Source: Trueperaceae bacterium
Lineage (GTDB): Bacteria > Deinococcota > Deinococci > Deinococcales > Trueperaceae
Assembly (NCBI GenBank): GCA_965215565.1
Contig: CBDCDZ010000004.1
Location: 1,696,001 to 1,760,000 of the forward strand
Reading direction: 5' to 3'
DNA length: 64,000 nucleotides
The notes under the pieces were generated by a model. That model saw nothing but the letters and a program-made list of their open reading frames with translations, did not search any database and was not told the origin of the DNA. Made by a program: the position numbers and the translations under genes. The stretch's first letter is position 1; every line of letters begins with the position of its first letter. Shown piece by piece: positions 1 through 9,933 of the stretch.

Positions 1-1
1 G

Positions 2-589
2 GCTTGCGCCTACTGGCGCGGCGGCGCGGCGGCGCTAAGCATCCTCACCGAGCCGCGTCACTTCGCGGGTTCCTTGGCGCACTTAGAGGCGGTCTCGAGC
101 GTCGCCCCTCTGCCCCTCTTGCGCAAGGATTTCACGGTGCACCCCGCCCAGCTTTCAGAAGCGAAACGCGCCGGGGCAAGCGCCGTGCTCCTCATCGTCG
201 CCGTTTTGGGGGAGCACTTGCAGGCGTACCTAGACCTCGCGGAGCGTCTGGAACTAGACGCTTTAGTCGAGGTCCACGCCGAAGCCGAACTAGACCTCGC
301 CCTTTCAAGTAGCGCCGAGATTATCGGGGTGAACAACAGGGATTTAAGGACGCTCGAGATCGACCTGAACAACGCGCCCAACCTCATCCAGAAAGCGAGG
401 GGCGAGGGTTTCACAGGTTTGCTCGTCGCCGAGTCGGGCTACAGCACCCCCGAGCAAATTCGCGACTTGCAAGGTGTCGCCGACGCCGTCCTGATCGGCA
501 GCAGTGTGGCGAGTAGTGGCGACTTAGAAGTGGCGATCAAACGGTTAAACGGCGATACGCCAAATGGTAACGCCCGAGGTAACTCGTGA
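2..589 (+). CDS. trpC: indole-3-glycerol phosphate synthase, 5' truncated by window edge
   Basis: Frame is open from base 2 (AYWRGGAAALSILTEP); motifs LLRKDF, LVEVH, GVNNRDL, VAESG, AVLIGS. Confidence 0.95.
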   Translation, partial: ACAYWRGGAAALSILTEPRHFAGSLAHLEAVSSVAPLPLLRKDFTVHPAQLSEAKRAGASAVLLIVAVLGEHLQAYLDLAERLELDALVEVHAEAELDLALSSSAEIIGVNNRDLRTLEIDLNNAPNLIQKARGEGFTGLLVAESGYSTPEQIRDLQGVADAVLIGSSVASSGDLEVAIKRLNGDTPNGNARGNS

Positions 590-1314
590 GCAAGGACACC
601 AGTAACAACACCGGCAGAAGCATCGTCATTACGGGCGCGAGCAGCGGCATCGGAGAGGCGATCGCCCATTCACTCGCGGACGCTGAAACCACCTTACACC
701 TCTTAGGGCGGAGCGAAGACCGCTTGCAAGAGGTCGCGCAGGCGGTCAAAAATGCAGGCGGTGACGCGGTGATTCACCAAGTTGATTTAGCCAAGGATGA
801 CGCGTTGGAAGAGGTGGCGGCGGCGCTCAGCGAAGGCGGGATCGACGTTCTCATTCACAGCGCAGGCGCAGTATCGCTTGCGCCAGTTGCGGAGACCTCC
901 GCTGAAGATTTGGACCTCCAGTACCGCGTCAACCTGCGTGCGCCCTACCTCTTGACGCAGAAACTCCTCCCTTCACTCCAACGAGCCAAAGGGCAAATCG
1001 TCTTCATCAACTCGGGCGCGGGTCTCAACGCGAAAGCCAACTGGAGCAGCTACGCGGTTTCCAAACACGGCTTAAAAGCCCTCGCCGACTCGCTCCGCGC
1101 GGAGGTCAAGCCGGACGGGGTGCGCGTGGTGAGCATTTATCCGGGGCGCGTGGCGAGCCCGATGCAGGAGCGCGTACACGAATTTGAAGGCAAGGACTAC
1201 GATCCCGAGAAGTTCGTGCAGCCCCGAGACGTAGCGCAGCAGGTCTCGAGCGTGCTGTCGCTCCCCGCGACGGCTGAGGTGACAGACCTCTCGGTGAGAC
1301 CGGCGAAGGGATAA
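586..1314 (+). CDS. short-chain dehydrogenase/reductase
   Basis: TGASSGIG Rossmann motif, YAVSK catalytic motif; GTGA overlap with trpC. Confidence 0.93.
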   Translation: MSKDTSNNTGRSIVITGASSGIGEAIAHSLADAETTLHLLGRSEDRLQEVAQAVKNAGGDAVIHQVDLAKDDALEEVAAALSEGGIDVLIHSAGAVSLAPVAETSAEDLDLQYRVNLRAPYLLTQKLLPSLQRAKGQIVFINSGAGLNAKANWSSYAVSKHGLKALADSLRAEVKPDGVRVVSIYPGRVASPMQERVHEFEGKDYDPEKFVQPRDVAQQVSSVLSLPATAEVTDLSVRPAKG

Positions 1315-1316
1315 AG

Positions 1317-1400
1317 GTAGAAGTAAGGAGCAAGAATCAGGAAGCAAGAAGGATATATGTTTTTCTATTCTCACTCCTTGCTTCCTGCTTCTTACTTCTT
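1317..1400. repeat. inverted array of purine-rich heptamers forming a long hairpin
   Basis: agaagta-aggagca-agaatca-ggaagca-agaagga ... actcctt-gcttcct-gcttctt-acttctt. Confidence 0.7.
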
Positions 1401-1404
1401 CAGA

Positions 1405-1998
1405 ATGACGCGCCTCTACCACTTCAGCGAAAACCCTGACATAGACCTTTTCGTCCCGCGTCCGGTCCGCGTTCCGATAGAGCGTCCTGCAGGTTTCGAC
1501 TGGCTCAATGGACCTCTCGTGTGGACGATAGACGAGCCCCATCAGGTCATGTACCTCTTTCCCCGTGACTGCCCCCGCATCTTGCTTTGGTCTACGCCGA
1601 ACTCAACCTCTAAAGACATCGAAGGTTGGTGGCGCGGAAGTTCTTACGGAAAACTCGCCTACGTCGAAGAGGCGTGGCTCGAGTCCCTCAAAGCCACCCC
1701 AATCTACCGCTATGAATTGCCTACTGAATCCTTTGAAGACCTCCACGACGCGGGCATGTGGGTTTCTAAAGAGGTCGTGGAACCCCTGCGGATGGATGTG
1801 CTGAGCAGTTTGATGGACGAGCTAGAAGCTCACGACGTTGAACTTCGCGTCGCCCAAAGCCTCGTCCCACTGAAAGAGGTCTGGCGCACCTCTTTACACG
1901 CGAGCGGGATTCGGCTGCGCAACGCTCGAGGGTGGGGAAAGCCTGGCTGGACGCATTCTAAAGAGGGTCGCGTCGTTGAAATTACCGAGCCAGATTGA
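1405..1998 (+). CDS. conserved hypothetical protein (DUF6886-like)
   Basis: N-terminus MTRLYHFSENPDIDLFVPRP and YLFPRDCPRI motif; the longer ORF start runs through the heptamer repeat. Confidence 0.75.
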   Translation: MTRLYHFSENPDIDLFVPRPVRVPIERPAGFDWLNGPLVWTIDEPHQVMYLFPRDCPRILLWSTPNSTSKDIEGWWRGSSYGKLAYVEEAWLESLKATPIYRYELPTESFEDLHDAGMWVSKEVVEPLRMDVLSSLMDELEAHDVELRVAQSLVPLKEVWRTSLHASGIRLRNARGWGKPGWTHSKEGRVVEITEPD

Positions 1999-3151
1999 GC
2001 GCTCTATACACGCGCCGAAGCTCCCGAACGGCGTAGTCGTGAGAAATGCGCTCTTGCTCGAGCCTCACCTCACCCTTAACTAAGAGGTCAAAAACCCACG
2101 CCTCTTCCAGCGTGAGGTTCGGTAATGCCATCACCTTGCTCGTCGTACCAGCAACTTTGAACCCACCGAACGTCTGCAACGTCACCTCATCCATCATGAG
2201 CGAGACGACGTTGGGGAAATAGCCGCGTAGCTGCGACAGAATCTGAAAGCCGTGCGCGTCGAGGTCGCCCCAGTAGAGGATGGGACATTTCTCGAGCCAA
2301 GTAACAGACGCGAGCGCCTCCACCGCGAAGCCCTTGCCGAAGAGCCCGAAGCTATTGGGTAGCGTAGGTAAGGTTAAGAACGTCATCTCGTTTTCGGTCA
2401 TGACGAAGGGATGACCTGAGAGGTTTAAGGGCGCAAACTGAGAGACGGGCGTGCTGAGGTCGCAAACGGGCAGGACGTAGCGTTCTACAAGCTGTTCATC
2501 CAAAACCTTGAAACGGATGAGCGCTTCTTTGTAACAGAGGTGGAAGCGTTTTTCGAACAGAGTTTCGTGTTCGTCCATAGCGTCCGAGGGGAGGATATGC
2601 CCTAACAACCGACTTAAAATCCCCTTGCTCTCCTCCACAAATTTGCTGTGCACCGCAATCGGCAACTCGCGCATGTAGAGTTTGGGGTGCGGCTGTTCTA
2701 AAAAATAGCGGCATACTTCAAGCAAATCCGTCCATTTATCCAGATGCCTAAGCACCTCTTTCGGATACGCTTCTATCCAACTCAAAAGCTGCGGCACGCG
2801 CTCATGCGTTTCTCGAACCGCGTCCTTGAAACGTCTAAATTCCACCTCTTTGCCGATGAGCTTGAGAAAGTCCGTTTCGTTCTCTATCCAGATGCGAGAC
2901 GGTAAGGATTGCGGTCCGTAGCGCCGCATCGTTCGCGTCTCCGTAGCGACGCTGTAGCCGTAACCCTTCTTTGCTTTCGCGTCCGACAAGAGAGTCTGCA
3001 CGCCCGCTTTAACCGTTATGTAGTCGTCGGACGCTTTGACTTTTGGAAAGGGCAGCTCGAGCGGAAAGAAGTCTTCGCCTGCTAGATGAGCTTCGAGAAA
3101 TCTCACGTAGTGACGCAACGCCTTATCCCGCACCTGCGCTGGTGAAATCAC
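1982..3151 (-). CDS. jetD: Wadjet JetD (DUF3322 + DUF2220 Toprim nuclease)
   Basis: TENEMTF and YWGDLDAHG Toprim motifs, C-terminal RLEQERI; last gene of jet operon. Confidence 0.92.
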   Translation of the reverse strand: MISPAQVRDKALRHYVRFLEAHLAGEDFFPLELPFPKVKASDDYITVKAGVQTLLSDAKAKKGYGYSVATETRTMRRYGPQSLPSRIWIENETDFLKLIGKEVEFRRFKDAVRETHERVPQLLSWIEAYPKEVLRHLDKWTDLLEVCRYFLEQPHPKLYMRELPIAVHSKFVEESKGILSRLLGHILPSDAMDEHETLFEKRFHLCYKEALIRFKVLDEQLVERYVLPVCDLSTPVSQFAPLNLSGHPFVMTENEMTFLTLPTLPNSFGLFGKGFAVEALASVTWLEKCPILYWGDLDAHGFQILSQLRGYFPNVVSLMMDEVTLQTFGGFKVAGTTSKVMALPNLTLEEAWVFDLLVKGEVRLEQERISHDYAVRELRRVYRALNLAR

Positions 3152-3173
3152 CTTATCGTTACCCTCTCAATAA

Positions 3174-3287
3174 TGTCACCCCGAGCCCTTGACAGGATAG
3201 ACTCCGCGAGGGGTCTCGTCTCGCATTCTCGGTAAGAGAAGAAGGCGAATGGAATGCAGAGACTCTTACGCTTCGCTCAGAGTGACA
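3174..3287. repeat. TGTC/CGTC-class REP-like palindromic element
   Basis: tgtcaccccgagc...cgcgaggggtctc ... gagactcttacgcttcgctcagagtgaca; related to 30249-30413. Confidence 0.65.
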
Positions 3288-3322
3288 CAGGTAGGTATTG
3301 AACTGGCAACGCAGCGCCGCCG

Positions 3323-6300
3323 TCACCGTATTATCACTCTCCCCTCACGCGCGTCGCGGAAGATTTGTTTTCTCCGTTCGAATTCGGTTTTGCTCAGGTT
3401 GTAGACCTCGGAGTCGTTCTCCTCGAGGCTGTTCTTGACGAAGTGACAAACCGAGATGTAGGGCTCGACGATGTGGATTTTGTTCTCGGGCGTGACGACT
3501 AAGAGTTGCAGCCCGAGCTTCTTGAAAAGCTCCATCGCGTAGCGGGCGTTGCGCTCGTCGTTGCGGTCAAACGCTTCGTCGATGACGACAAAACGCAACG
3601 ACTTCGAGGTCGTGTGGGCGTGCCCTAACCCAAACTGATAGGCGATAGCGGACGCTAAAATCGTGTAGGCGAGCTTAGCCTTTTGCCCGCCCGACTTGCC
3701 CGACGAGTCCGAGTAGTAGTGGCGCTCCGTGTCGTCGGCGCGGTAGTTTTCGCTAGCGGCGAAGTCGAGCCAGTTGCGCACGTCCGTGACTTTGCGCGTC
3801 CAGCGGTCATCCGTTTCGAAGCGCTCGATGAGGGCGCGAATGTGCCTAAAACTCGCCTCGCTCGCCGCAGGCTGCCCGACGTCCGCGAAGCACGCTCGCA
3901 ACATCGTCTTGAACTCTCTAATTTCAGGGTCGCGGTTATCGCTGTGCTGGAGTTCGATGTAGGTCGTGGGCGTGTAGTCGATGCTCCTGAGCGACTCGTT
4001 AAGCGCCCCAATGCTCTCCTTGATATCGTTCTGCCACCCCTCCAAATCCGCTTGAAAAACGACGATGTGCTCTAAAATCTTGCTGTTCAGAAGGGTTCTG
4101 AACTCGTCCTCAAAGCGCGGCAGGTCGTCGTCTTTGACCTTTTCCAGCATCACGTTGAAATCATCTATAGCTTCCGTGGAGGGGTCCACGTCGACGGTCT
4201 CTTCCGGGTAGGCGCTTTTGTAGCGCTGCATCCGTTTGACAATCCGGCTCGTCAAGTTGCGCTCTTGCCCTTGCATCTCCTCGCGCCGTTCCTGAAGGTG
4301 AGCCGATACATCGTCTTTGCGGGTGGAGAGCGTCTCGAGCGTCAGCGGCGCATTCGCTAGGTACTCGTCTATGCGGGGACCATAGATCTCGAGCACATCC
4401 ACCGACACTTCGGCGAGGCGCATTTCAGCGCGTTTTTGTCTATCTCGAAAATCCTGAATATCGCGCTCGAGCCCGAGTTGATTTCTCTGCGTTTTCTCTT
4501 TATCCGCCTCAAGCCCCTTGACCTCTTGCGCCAACGCTTCCAACTGCTCGCGGAGCTGCTTGAGCCGGTCGGAACTCCGCTCGAGGTCGTCCTTCTGCTC
4601 ACGGAGGTCTTGCAGCGTCTCATCGTCGCGCCGCCAGTCGATGGTGGCAAAGTCGAACTGGAGAAACCTTTGGACTCGTTCTTTTTGTTCCTCCAAATAT
4701 CTACGCCGCGCTCCAACCTCCTCCAACGCGCGGCGGACCTCTAAAAACTGCTCGGTGATGTGTGAGCGCTCCTCCTCTAACGCCGCGATTTTCTCCTCGT
4801 TGCTCCAGCCCAAGATGTAGCGGGTACGGTCATTCAACTTGCGGCGGTCATCCTTTTCAAAGCGCTCGTTGCCCCCTTTGATGAGCCCCGCGAGGGTGAG
4901 CGCCCGTTTTTCGTATCTGACCTCTTCTAAGGTGCAGCAGGTGAAGTCGTAGCTCTTGGCGAGTTCGCGGCGAATCCAACCCTGAAAGCTGCCGGGTTTG
5001 ACCTCGAGTTTGTGAATCAGTTTATCGGCGGGAACTTCTGCGGTAGAGATATCCACCCCTTCACCCTGAACACGGTGGAAGACGATGCGCCCCCCCAGGT
5101 TAGTCTGGTTGACGTAGCGGCTCACCGCCTCGTAGTGCTGCGCCGGGACGAGCAGGCGCAAGCCGAAGGAATGCAAAAGCCGCTCGATGGCTCCTTCCCA
5201 CGCCCGCTCGTCATCTTTGACTTTGAGGCGTTCGCCGATGAAGGGGACCTCGTCTTCGGATAGCTCGAGCGCGTCCAGCATGGTGCGGCGCAGTTCCAAG
5301 TTCCGCTGCGGAATCTGGCTCTCTCGCTGCCGCAGTGAGTCTATCTCTTGCGCCAACGCTTCGCCTTGAGATTTGAGCTTGTTTTCCTCGAGTTTGAGTT
5401 CGTCGCGTTCGTCGCTCGCTTCAGCCAAACGCGCTTGCAACGTTGCCTGCATCTGCTGAACGTGTTGCTTCGTGGTAAGGAACATCTCTTTATTCTCGTA
5501 CGGGCGCACCTCTAATTGACGCGCTAGAACGTTGTAGGTTTCGGCGGTCCATTTTTTGTCAGCAACTTGTTTATGTAACGCCGCAATATCCTTCTCTAAA
5601 AGCGCCAGTTGCTGACCCACCTCATCACTGCCGATGGCGACGCTCACCTGGTTGTGCTCTTCACGCTTCGCGTCCAAACGTTGCGCCACCTCTTCTAGCG
5701 CCTGCGTGACCTCTTCTAACGCCGTTTGGGTCTGTTCAATCTTCGGCGCTAATAACCGCTGCGTTTGCCTCGCAAAATAGGCGGGGACAAGGCGTTCGGT
5801 CTCTCTGAGTTGCGCGGCGCTCTGCATGAGCGTGCGGTAGTGTTGCGCGTCGGTGTGGAGCGGGGTGAGAAGCTCGAGTTGCTTTCTGGCTTTCTGAATC
5901 GCTTCGTAGGAGCGCGTGAGGTCGCCGTAGTGTTGGCGCAGGTCGCCGATACTCGCCTGCACGTCGCCACGCTCTAACATGCGCTCGCGTACAAAAGCGT
6001 TGAGGCTGTCGATATTTTTGATCTTGACGGTCTGGTTAAAGAGGTCGAGCGCCTTTTCGGAGCGCACGCCGAAGGCTTTGCGGAAGCGTTTGCTGTAGGG
6101 CGTGAAGAGGTCGAAAAGCTCGACGTGGGCGGAAGACGCGAGCCGCTTTTTGAGGTCGGGGATGCTGATGAAGTTCGCGAAGTCTTCCGCAACCGTAAGC
6201 TCCCGCTCTGCAATCACAAAAAACTTCTCCACCTTGCGGTTTTGCAGCCACAACACCTGCGCGAGCGTCGTAGTTTGCCCGAGCCCGCCGTTCGAGAACT

Positions 6301-6664
6301 GCGCGAGTAGCACGCTGTAGGAGCCTTCGTCGCGTAAATATTGCGTCTTCGCGCCGTAGCCCTCGTCGCGCCTGACCTTGCCGAACGCACCCTGCACATA
6401 ACTGCGCTCGTCGCGCTCGCGCTTGTTGGAGCCCGAAGCTTGGTTGTAGCTGCGTTTTTGATTGGGGACGAGCAGCGTAAGAAGCGCGTCTACGAGCGTT
6501 GACTTGCCGGAACCGTTCGCGCCCGTCAAGAGTGAGGTTTGGGCCCTGGGCTCGACGCGCCAGACCTTTTGGTTGAACGTGCCCCAATTGAAGACCTCGA
6601 GCCGCGTCAAGCGGAACCCTGCCCGGCTATTGTCCGGTTCGAACTCGAGTCTATTCGCTTGCAT
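3323..6664 (-). CDS. jetC: Wadjet JetC SMC-like ATPase
   Basis: NWGTF, Walker A GANGSGKST, long coiled coils, signature SGGQK, Walker B VVIDEAF. Confidence 0.95.
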   Translation of the reverse strand: MQANRLEFEPDNSRAGFRLTRLEVFNWGTFNQKVWRVEPRAQTSLLTGANGSGKSTLVDALLTLLVPNQKRSYNQASGSNKRERDERSYVQGAFGKVRRDEGYGAKTQYLRDEGSYSVLLAQFSNGGLGQTTTLAQVLWLQNRKVEKFFVIAERELTVAEDFANFISIPDLKKRLASSAHVELFDLFTPYSKRFRKAFGVRSEKALDLFNQTVKIKNIDSLNAFVRERMLERGDVQASIGDLRQHYGDLTRSYEAIQKARKQLELLTPLHTDAQHYRTLMQSAAQLRETERLVPAYFARQTQRLLAPKIEQTQTALEEVTQALEEVAQRLDAKREEHNQVSVAIGSDEVGQQLALLEKDIAALHKQVADKKWTAETYNVLARQLEVRPYENKEMFLTTKQHVQQMQATLQARLAEASDERDELKLEENKLKSQGEALAQEIDSLRQRESQIPQRNLELRRTMLDALELSEDEVPFIGERLKVKDDERAWEGAIERLLHSFGLRLLVPAQHYEAVSRYVNQTNLGGRIVFHRVQGEGVDISTAEVPADKLIHKLEVKPGSFQGWIRRELAKSYDFTCCTLEEVRYEKRALTLAGLIKGGNERFEKDDRRKLNDRTRYILGWSNEEKIAALEEERSHITEQFLEVRRALEEVGARRRYLEEQKERVQRFLQFDFATIDWRRDDETLQDLREQKDDLERSSDRLKQLREQLEALAQEVKGLEADKEKTQRNQLGLERDIQDFRDRQKRAEMRLAEVSVDVLEIYGPRIDEYLANAPLTLETLSTRKDDVSAHLQERREEMQGQERNLTSRIVKRMQRYKSAYPEETVDVDPSTEAIDDFNVMLEKVKDDDLPRFEDEFRTLLNSKILEHIVVFQADLEGWQNDIKESIGALNESLRSIDYTPTTYIELQHSDNRDPEIREFKTMLRACFADVGQPAASEASFRHIRALIERFETDDRWTRKVTDVRNWLDFAASENYRADDTERHYYSDSSGKSGGQKAKLAYTILASAIAYQFGLGHAHTTSKSLRFVVIDEAFDRNDERNARYAMELFKKLGLQLLVVTPENKIHIVEPYISVCHFVKNSLEENDSEVYNLSKTEFERRKQIFRDAREGRVIIR

Positions 6665-7277
6665 GGGTTTCCATAGCGTTCTCCTGAGTTTCTTGATGGT
6701 GCGCTGCCAACTTCTCTTTAATCTCTACCAAATCGTCTGCCGAGAGCTTCGCCCGGATGATGCGGCGGATTTCGTAGCGCTCTTCGTCGCCGGAAAGTTT
6801 CTTCAAGAAGCCCAAGTCCGTCACCTGTCTGATGAGCGTATCCACCGTCCTTAACAGCCGCTTCTCGTCGGTGTGCTCCTCTAAAAAGAGTGTCAGCATC
6901 CCCTGGATGTCGTTTTTAGACACCACCGCTTGAGTCGAGCGCAACTCACTTTGGTCGAACTGGACAAGGCGCTCGCGTAGCAAAACGCAGAGTAGGGTCG
7001 CGTTGTAGGAGAGCTTCTGGCGGCGGACGAGGCAGGGCAAGGCTTCCGGTGCATCCTCGACTTCATCATCTCCCGCCTCTGGCTGCGTGAGGTAGGCGTA
7101 GCCTTCGACTTCGTCTAAGTGCAGCGCGGCGCCGAAGCTCTCGAAGTGCTCTCTCACAGCGATTCGGTAGTCGAGCAGGAGGCTCCACGCGTCGTCGTCC
7201 GCCTCGAGCGTCCCCTGCAACAGTTTGATAATGACCGCCGCGTAGGGGGCTTGTTTTTCTCTGTCTAAAGGCTCCAT
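6651..7277 (-). CDS. jetB: Wadjet JetB (DUF4194)
   Basis: Size, position, LDEVEGYAYL and LVRRQKLSY...LLCVLLRERL motifs. Confidence 0.9.
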   Translation of the reverse strand: MEPLDREKQAPYAAVIIKLLQGTLEADDDAWSLLLDYRIAVREHFESFGAALHLDEVEGYAYLTQPEAGDDEVEDAPEALPCLVRRQKLSYNATLLCVLLRERLVQFDQSELRSTQAVVSKNDIQGMLTLFLEEHTDEKRLLRTVDTLIRQVTDLGFLKKLSGDEERYEIRRIIRAKLSADDLVEIKEKLAAHHQETQENAMETHASE

Positions 7278-8797
7278 TACTTATCTGACCTCACGAAGAC
7301 AACTTGGGGCATCTCGAGCGCCACTTCGCTAGTCTCACCGGGTTGCCCGTCGAACGGCTTTTCGAACCGTCCGTCAAACTCTCTACTCATACCGTTGCTC
7401 GTCCATCCATTAAGCACAACCGTCTGCGAGGTCGCCTCGTCAATAGTGTGTCGTTCGCCCTGTGCAGCGATGCTCAGGTAGGTGATGATTTCCGACAAGC
7501 CTTGCTCGGCGGGGTAGCGCCCAAGTGGCTCGGCGAGGCTGATGTGCGGACGCTCCACCAGTAGAGATTCGATTTGCGCCTCGAGCCGCTGCCTGTCCAC
7601 GGCGAGCCCGCTGTAAAGCGCGGCAGTGTCAACCGACGCGAGGTTCTCACCGCCTACGGCGAGCGGTTGGGGCGCGAAGGTCGGCATGTCGCTGGCTTCC
7701 CACAGGGGGCGCTCCATCACGAGGTGCAAGGCGGGGCGGGTCTAGAGCGTCATGAAATCATCGGTCTCGGGCACGCCTACCTCTTTACTCCGCACGGCGA
7801 GCTGCTTGATCTCCGCGATGAGGTCTAGGACGCGCCTATTCTCCGCCAACGCCTGCTCGTCGAGCAGGCGGCGCAACTGTTCGGCGAGGTGGCGGTTCGA
7901 CTGAATGACGCCGCCGCTCGCGAGCAAGAGGTCCTCTTTGATGCGCCTGAGCCCCTGCTGACGGGTCAACTCGCCGAGTTCGCTCAGGGCGTAAGCCTCT
8001 TCGACGAGTTGGCGCAAGGCGGCTTGCTTTTCGGGAGAGGCGAGAAACTGCCAGAAGGTATAGAAGCTCCGTCCCTGGTCCGACTCTCCAAGTGCGGCGT
8101 CCGCTTCTAGGACGCTCTCGAGTACCTTTCCCTTCGTCGCGTGCGCCTCGAGTTGCTGCGCCTGCACGCGCCGCGCGACGCCTCTAAAGTTCTCCTCGAT
8201 CTCCTTGAAGTCGGCGAGGAGTTGCCGCGCGAGTTGATTCGCTTCACTGAAGCGCTCTTTAAGCTGCGTGGCGCTGTAGCGCGGCACTTCGCCGGAGGTT
8301 TTAATCGCGTCAATCTCGGCTTGCAGCTTTGCCTTCTCCGCTTCCAAATGCGCCAAGCGCGTCTCCGGGTCGGCGCTGCTCTGGACGCTGATTTCTTCAA
8401 GCAAGCTAAAGATACGCAAAAACCGCGACTCCGCGCCGATAAATTCGCGCCGCTGCAAATCGCTCAGCCAACCTAACGCCCGCTCCGCGTCGGTTGTGAG
8501 GTCGAAGACGGGCTCGTCGTGCCCTAAGTAGCGCCGCGTCAGGAAGCGGTGGTCGTCGTCGCACCAGGTTGTGAGGTAGTTTTGGGGGCTGTTTTTGTAC
8601 ATTCCGGGTGTTTCTTCATGAACTGCCTCGAGATACCCCTCCAAATCCTCTAGCAGTGCACTGTAAGGAACCGACGTGCGGTGCTGCACCTTGAACGCGC
8701 TCTGCAAAAAGCCGACGATGAGCGCGGCGTTTTGGCTGCGCAGAAGCTTGATACTGGCGGAACGCTCGAGGTCGAATTGAATTTGGCTGTGATTCAA
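7277..8797 (-). pseudogene. jetA: Wadjet JetA (DUF3375) interrupted by an in-frame TAG at 7744-7742
   Basis: ORFs 7742..8887 and 7277..7729 share a frame (DDFMTL*TRPALHLVMERPLW); SDQGRSFYTFW motif; likely TTG start at 8797 with GGAG RBS. Confidence 0.85.
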
Positions 8798-8879
8798 GGG
8801 CGGTTCTCCGTGGGGCGAGCTTGGGGCGGTTAAACGCATTATACTCGAGCCTTGCATATATTCGGCAGCCGTGAAGAAT

Positions 8880-8964
8880 CTCAGCATTAAGCCTTTAGCG
8901 CTTAGCTTTCAGCCGTTAGCACAAGCTTTTAAGGCTAATACCTAAGGGCTAAAAGCTAACAGCT
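8880..8964. repeat. inverted heptamer array (nTTAGCn)n-spacer-(GCTAAnn)n
   Basis: tttagcg cttagct ttcagcc gttagca caagcttttaag gctaata cctaagg gctaaaa gctaaca. Confidence 0.8.
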
Positions 8965-9062
8965 TTGGGTAAAGAAACGCTTTCTCGAGCGGGTTTACAT
9001 GTTTTACAAACCATGAGTTAAGTACTTCGGCTTCAATAATCTAAACAATCTCGAGGAAGTTT

Positions 9063-9079
9063 TTACGCTCAGAACGGAC
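9063..9079. promoter_or_regulatory. RDRM-like 17-bp imperfect palindrome (candidate DdrO-type operator)
   Basis: TTACGCTCAGAACGGAC fits the degenerate Deinococcus RDRM consensus, as recalled, at all but the last base; lies between divergent jet and TA genes. Confidence 0.4.
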
Positions 9080-9159
9080 TTCGTTGACATTCTCTAGTTT
9101 AGGTTATTTCGATGCACCTACTTAGTCCGCCTATGCTAAACTGGGCTAAGGAGGTTGCG

Positions 9160-9462
9160 ATGTCCAAACTGGCGAAGTCTAAAGAGGATGAAACGCAGAA
9201 TAAAACCCAAGTCAACATGCACGAGGCGAAAACGAACTTTTCGAAGTTGGTCGAAAAAGCCCTGCAGGGTGAAGAGGTCGTGATTGCGCGGAACGGGACG
9301 CCGCTGGTGAGGCTCGAGCCCGTCTCAAAGCCCAAAGCGTTACGCCCCTTCGGATTAGACCGCCAAGAGGTCGGTGACGACTTTGTAGAACGCTCGATGG
9401 CTCCCTTGAGCGAAGAGGAGTTGGCGCTGTGGCACAACCCTAAAATACGCAGCAACGAGTGA
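9160..9462 (+). CDS. Phd/YefM family antitoxin
   Basis: VNMHEAKTNFSKLVEKALQGEEVVIARNGTP; AGGAGG RBS before ATG 9160. Confidence 0.93.
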   Translation: MSKLAKSKEDETQNKTQVNMHEAKTNFSKLVEKALQGEEVVIARNGTPLVRLEPVSKPKALRPFGLDRQEVGDDFVERSMAPLSEEELALWHNPKIRSNE

Positions 9463-9884
9463 GTAAACGTGAAGCGTCACTCAAAGAAAGGACGCTCTTA
9501 CTCGATACGCACGCACTTATCTGGTACAGCGTCGACCCGGAAAGGTTGCCGGAGAGCGTGCTGGAGCGCCTACGCGATACCGAGCAGCGTATCTTTGTCT
9601 CCTCTATTTGCGCGTGGGAAATCTCGATTAAGGTTCGCCTTGGCAAATTGCCACAAGCTCAGACGCTCTACGAGAACTTTCATCTCCGTCTGACTCAATA
9701 CGGCTTCAGCGAACTTCCTTTTACGAGCGTTCATGCGCTCGCAGAAGGGGGGTTAGAGCACCTACCTAAAGACCCCTTTGACCGCGCCTTGGCTGCGCAA
9801 GCGGTGAGCGAGCAACTTGTGTTGGTCTCGAGCGACGAAGCCTTTACCGAAGTGCCCGATCTCAGCGTCTGGTGGGGCGCGTGA
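9459..9884 (+). CDS. vapC: PIN-domain VapC toxin
   Basis: LLDTHALIW, SSICAWEISIK, KDPFDR, LVSSD; overlaps antitoxin stop. Confidence 0.93.
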   Translation: MSKREASLKERTLLLDTHALIWYSVDPERLPESVLERLRDTEQRIFVSSICAWEISIKVRLGKLPQAQTLYENFHLRLTQYGFSELPFTSVHALAEGGLEHLPKDPFDRALAAQAVSEQLVLVSSDEAFTEVPDLSVWWGA

Positions 9885-9933
9885 TGTTTCACCCCTTCCA
9901 GCTTTATAGCCGTTGCGGGGCTATACTGACACG

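Noticed and set aside
7742..7744. Programmed recoding (pyrrolysine/selenocysteine or an alternative genetic code) for the jetA TAG and NIF3 TGA
   Set aside because: TAG and TGA terminate many normal genes here; simpler lesions explain both cases
1982..9884. Wadjet plus TA as part of a prophage or integrative element
   Set aside because: No integrase, att repeats, tRNA or phage genes; word usage matches the rest of the window
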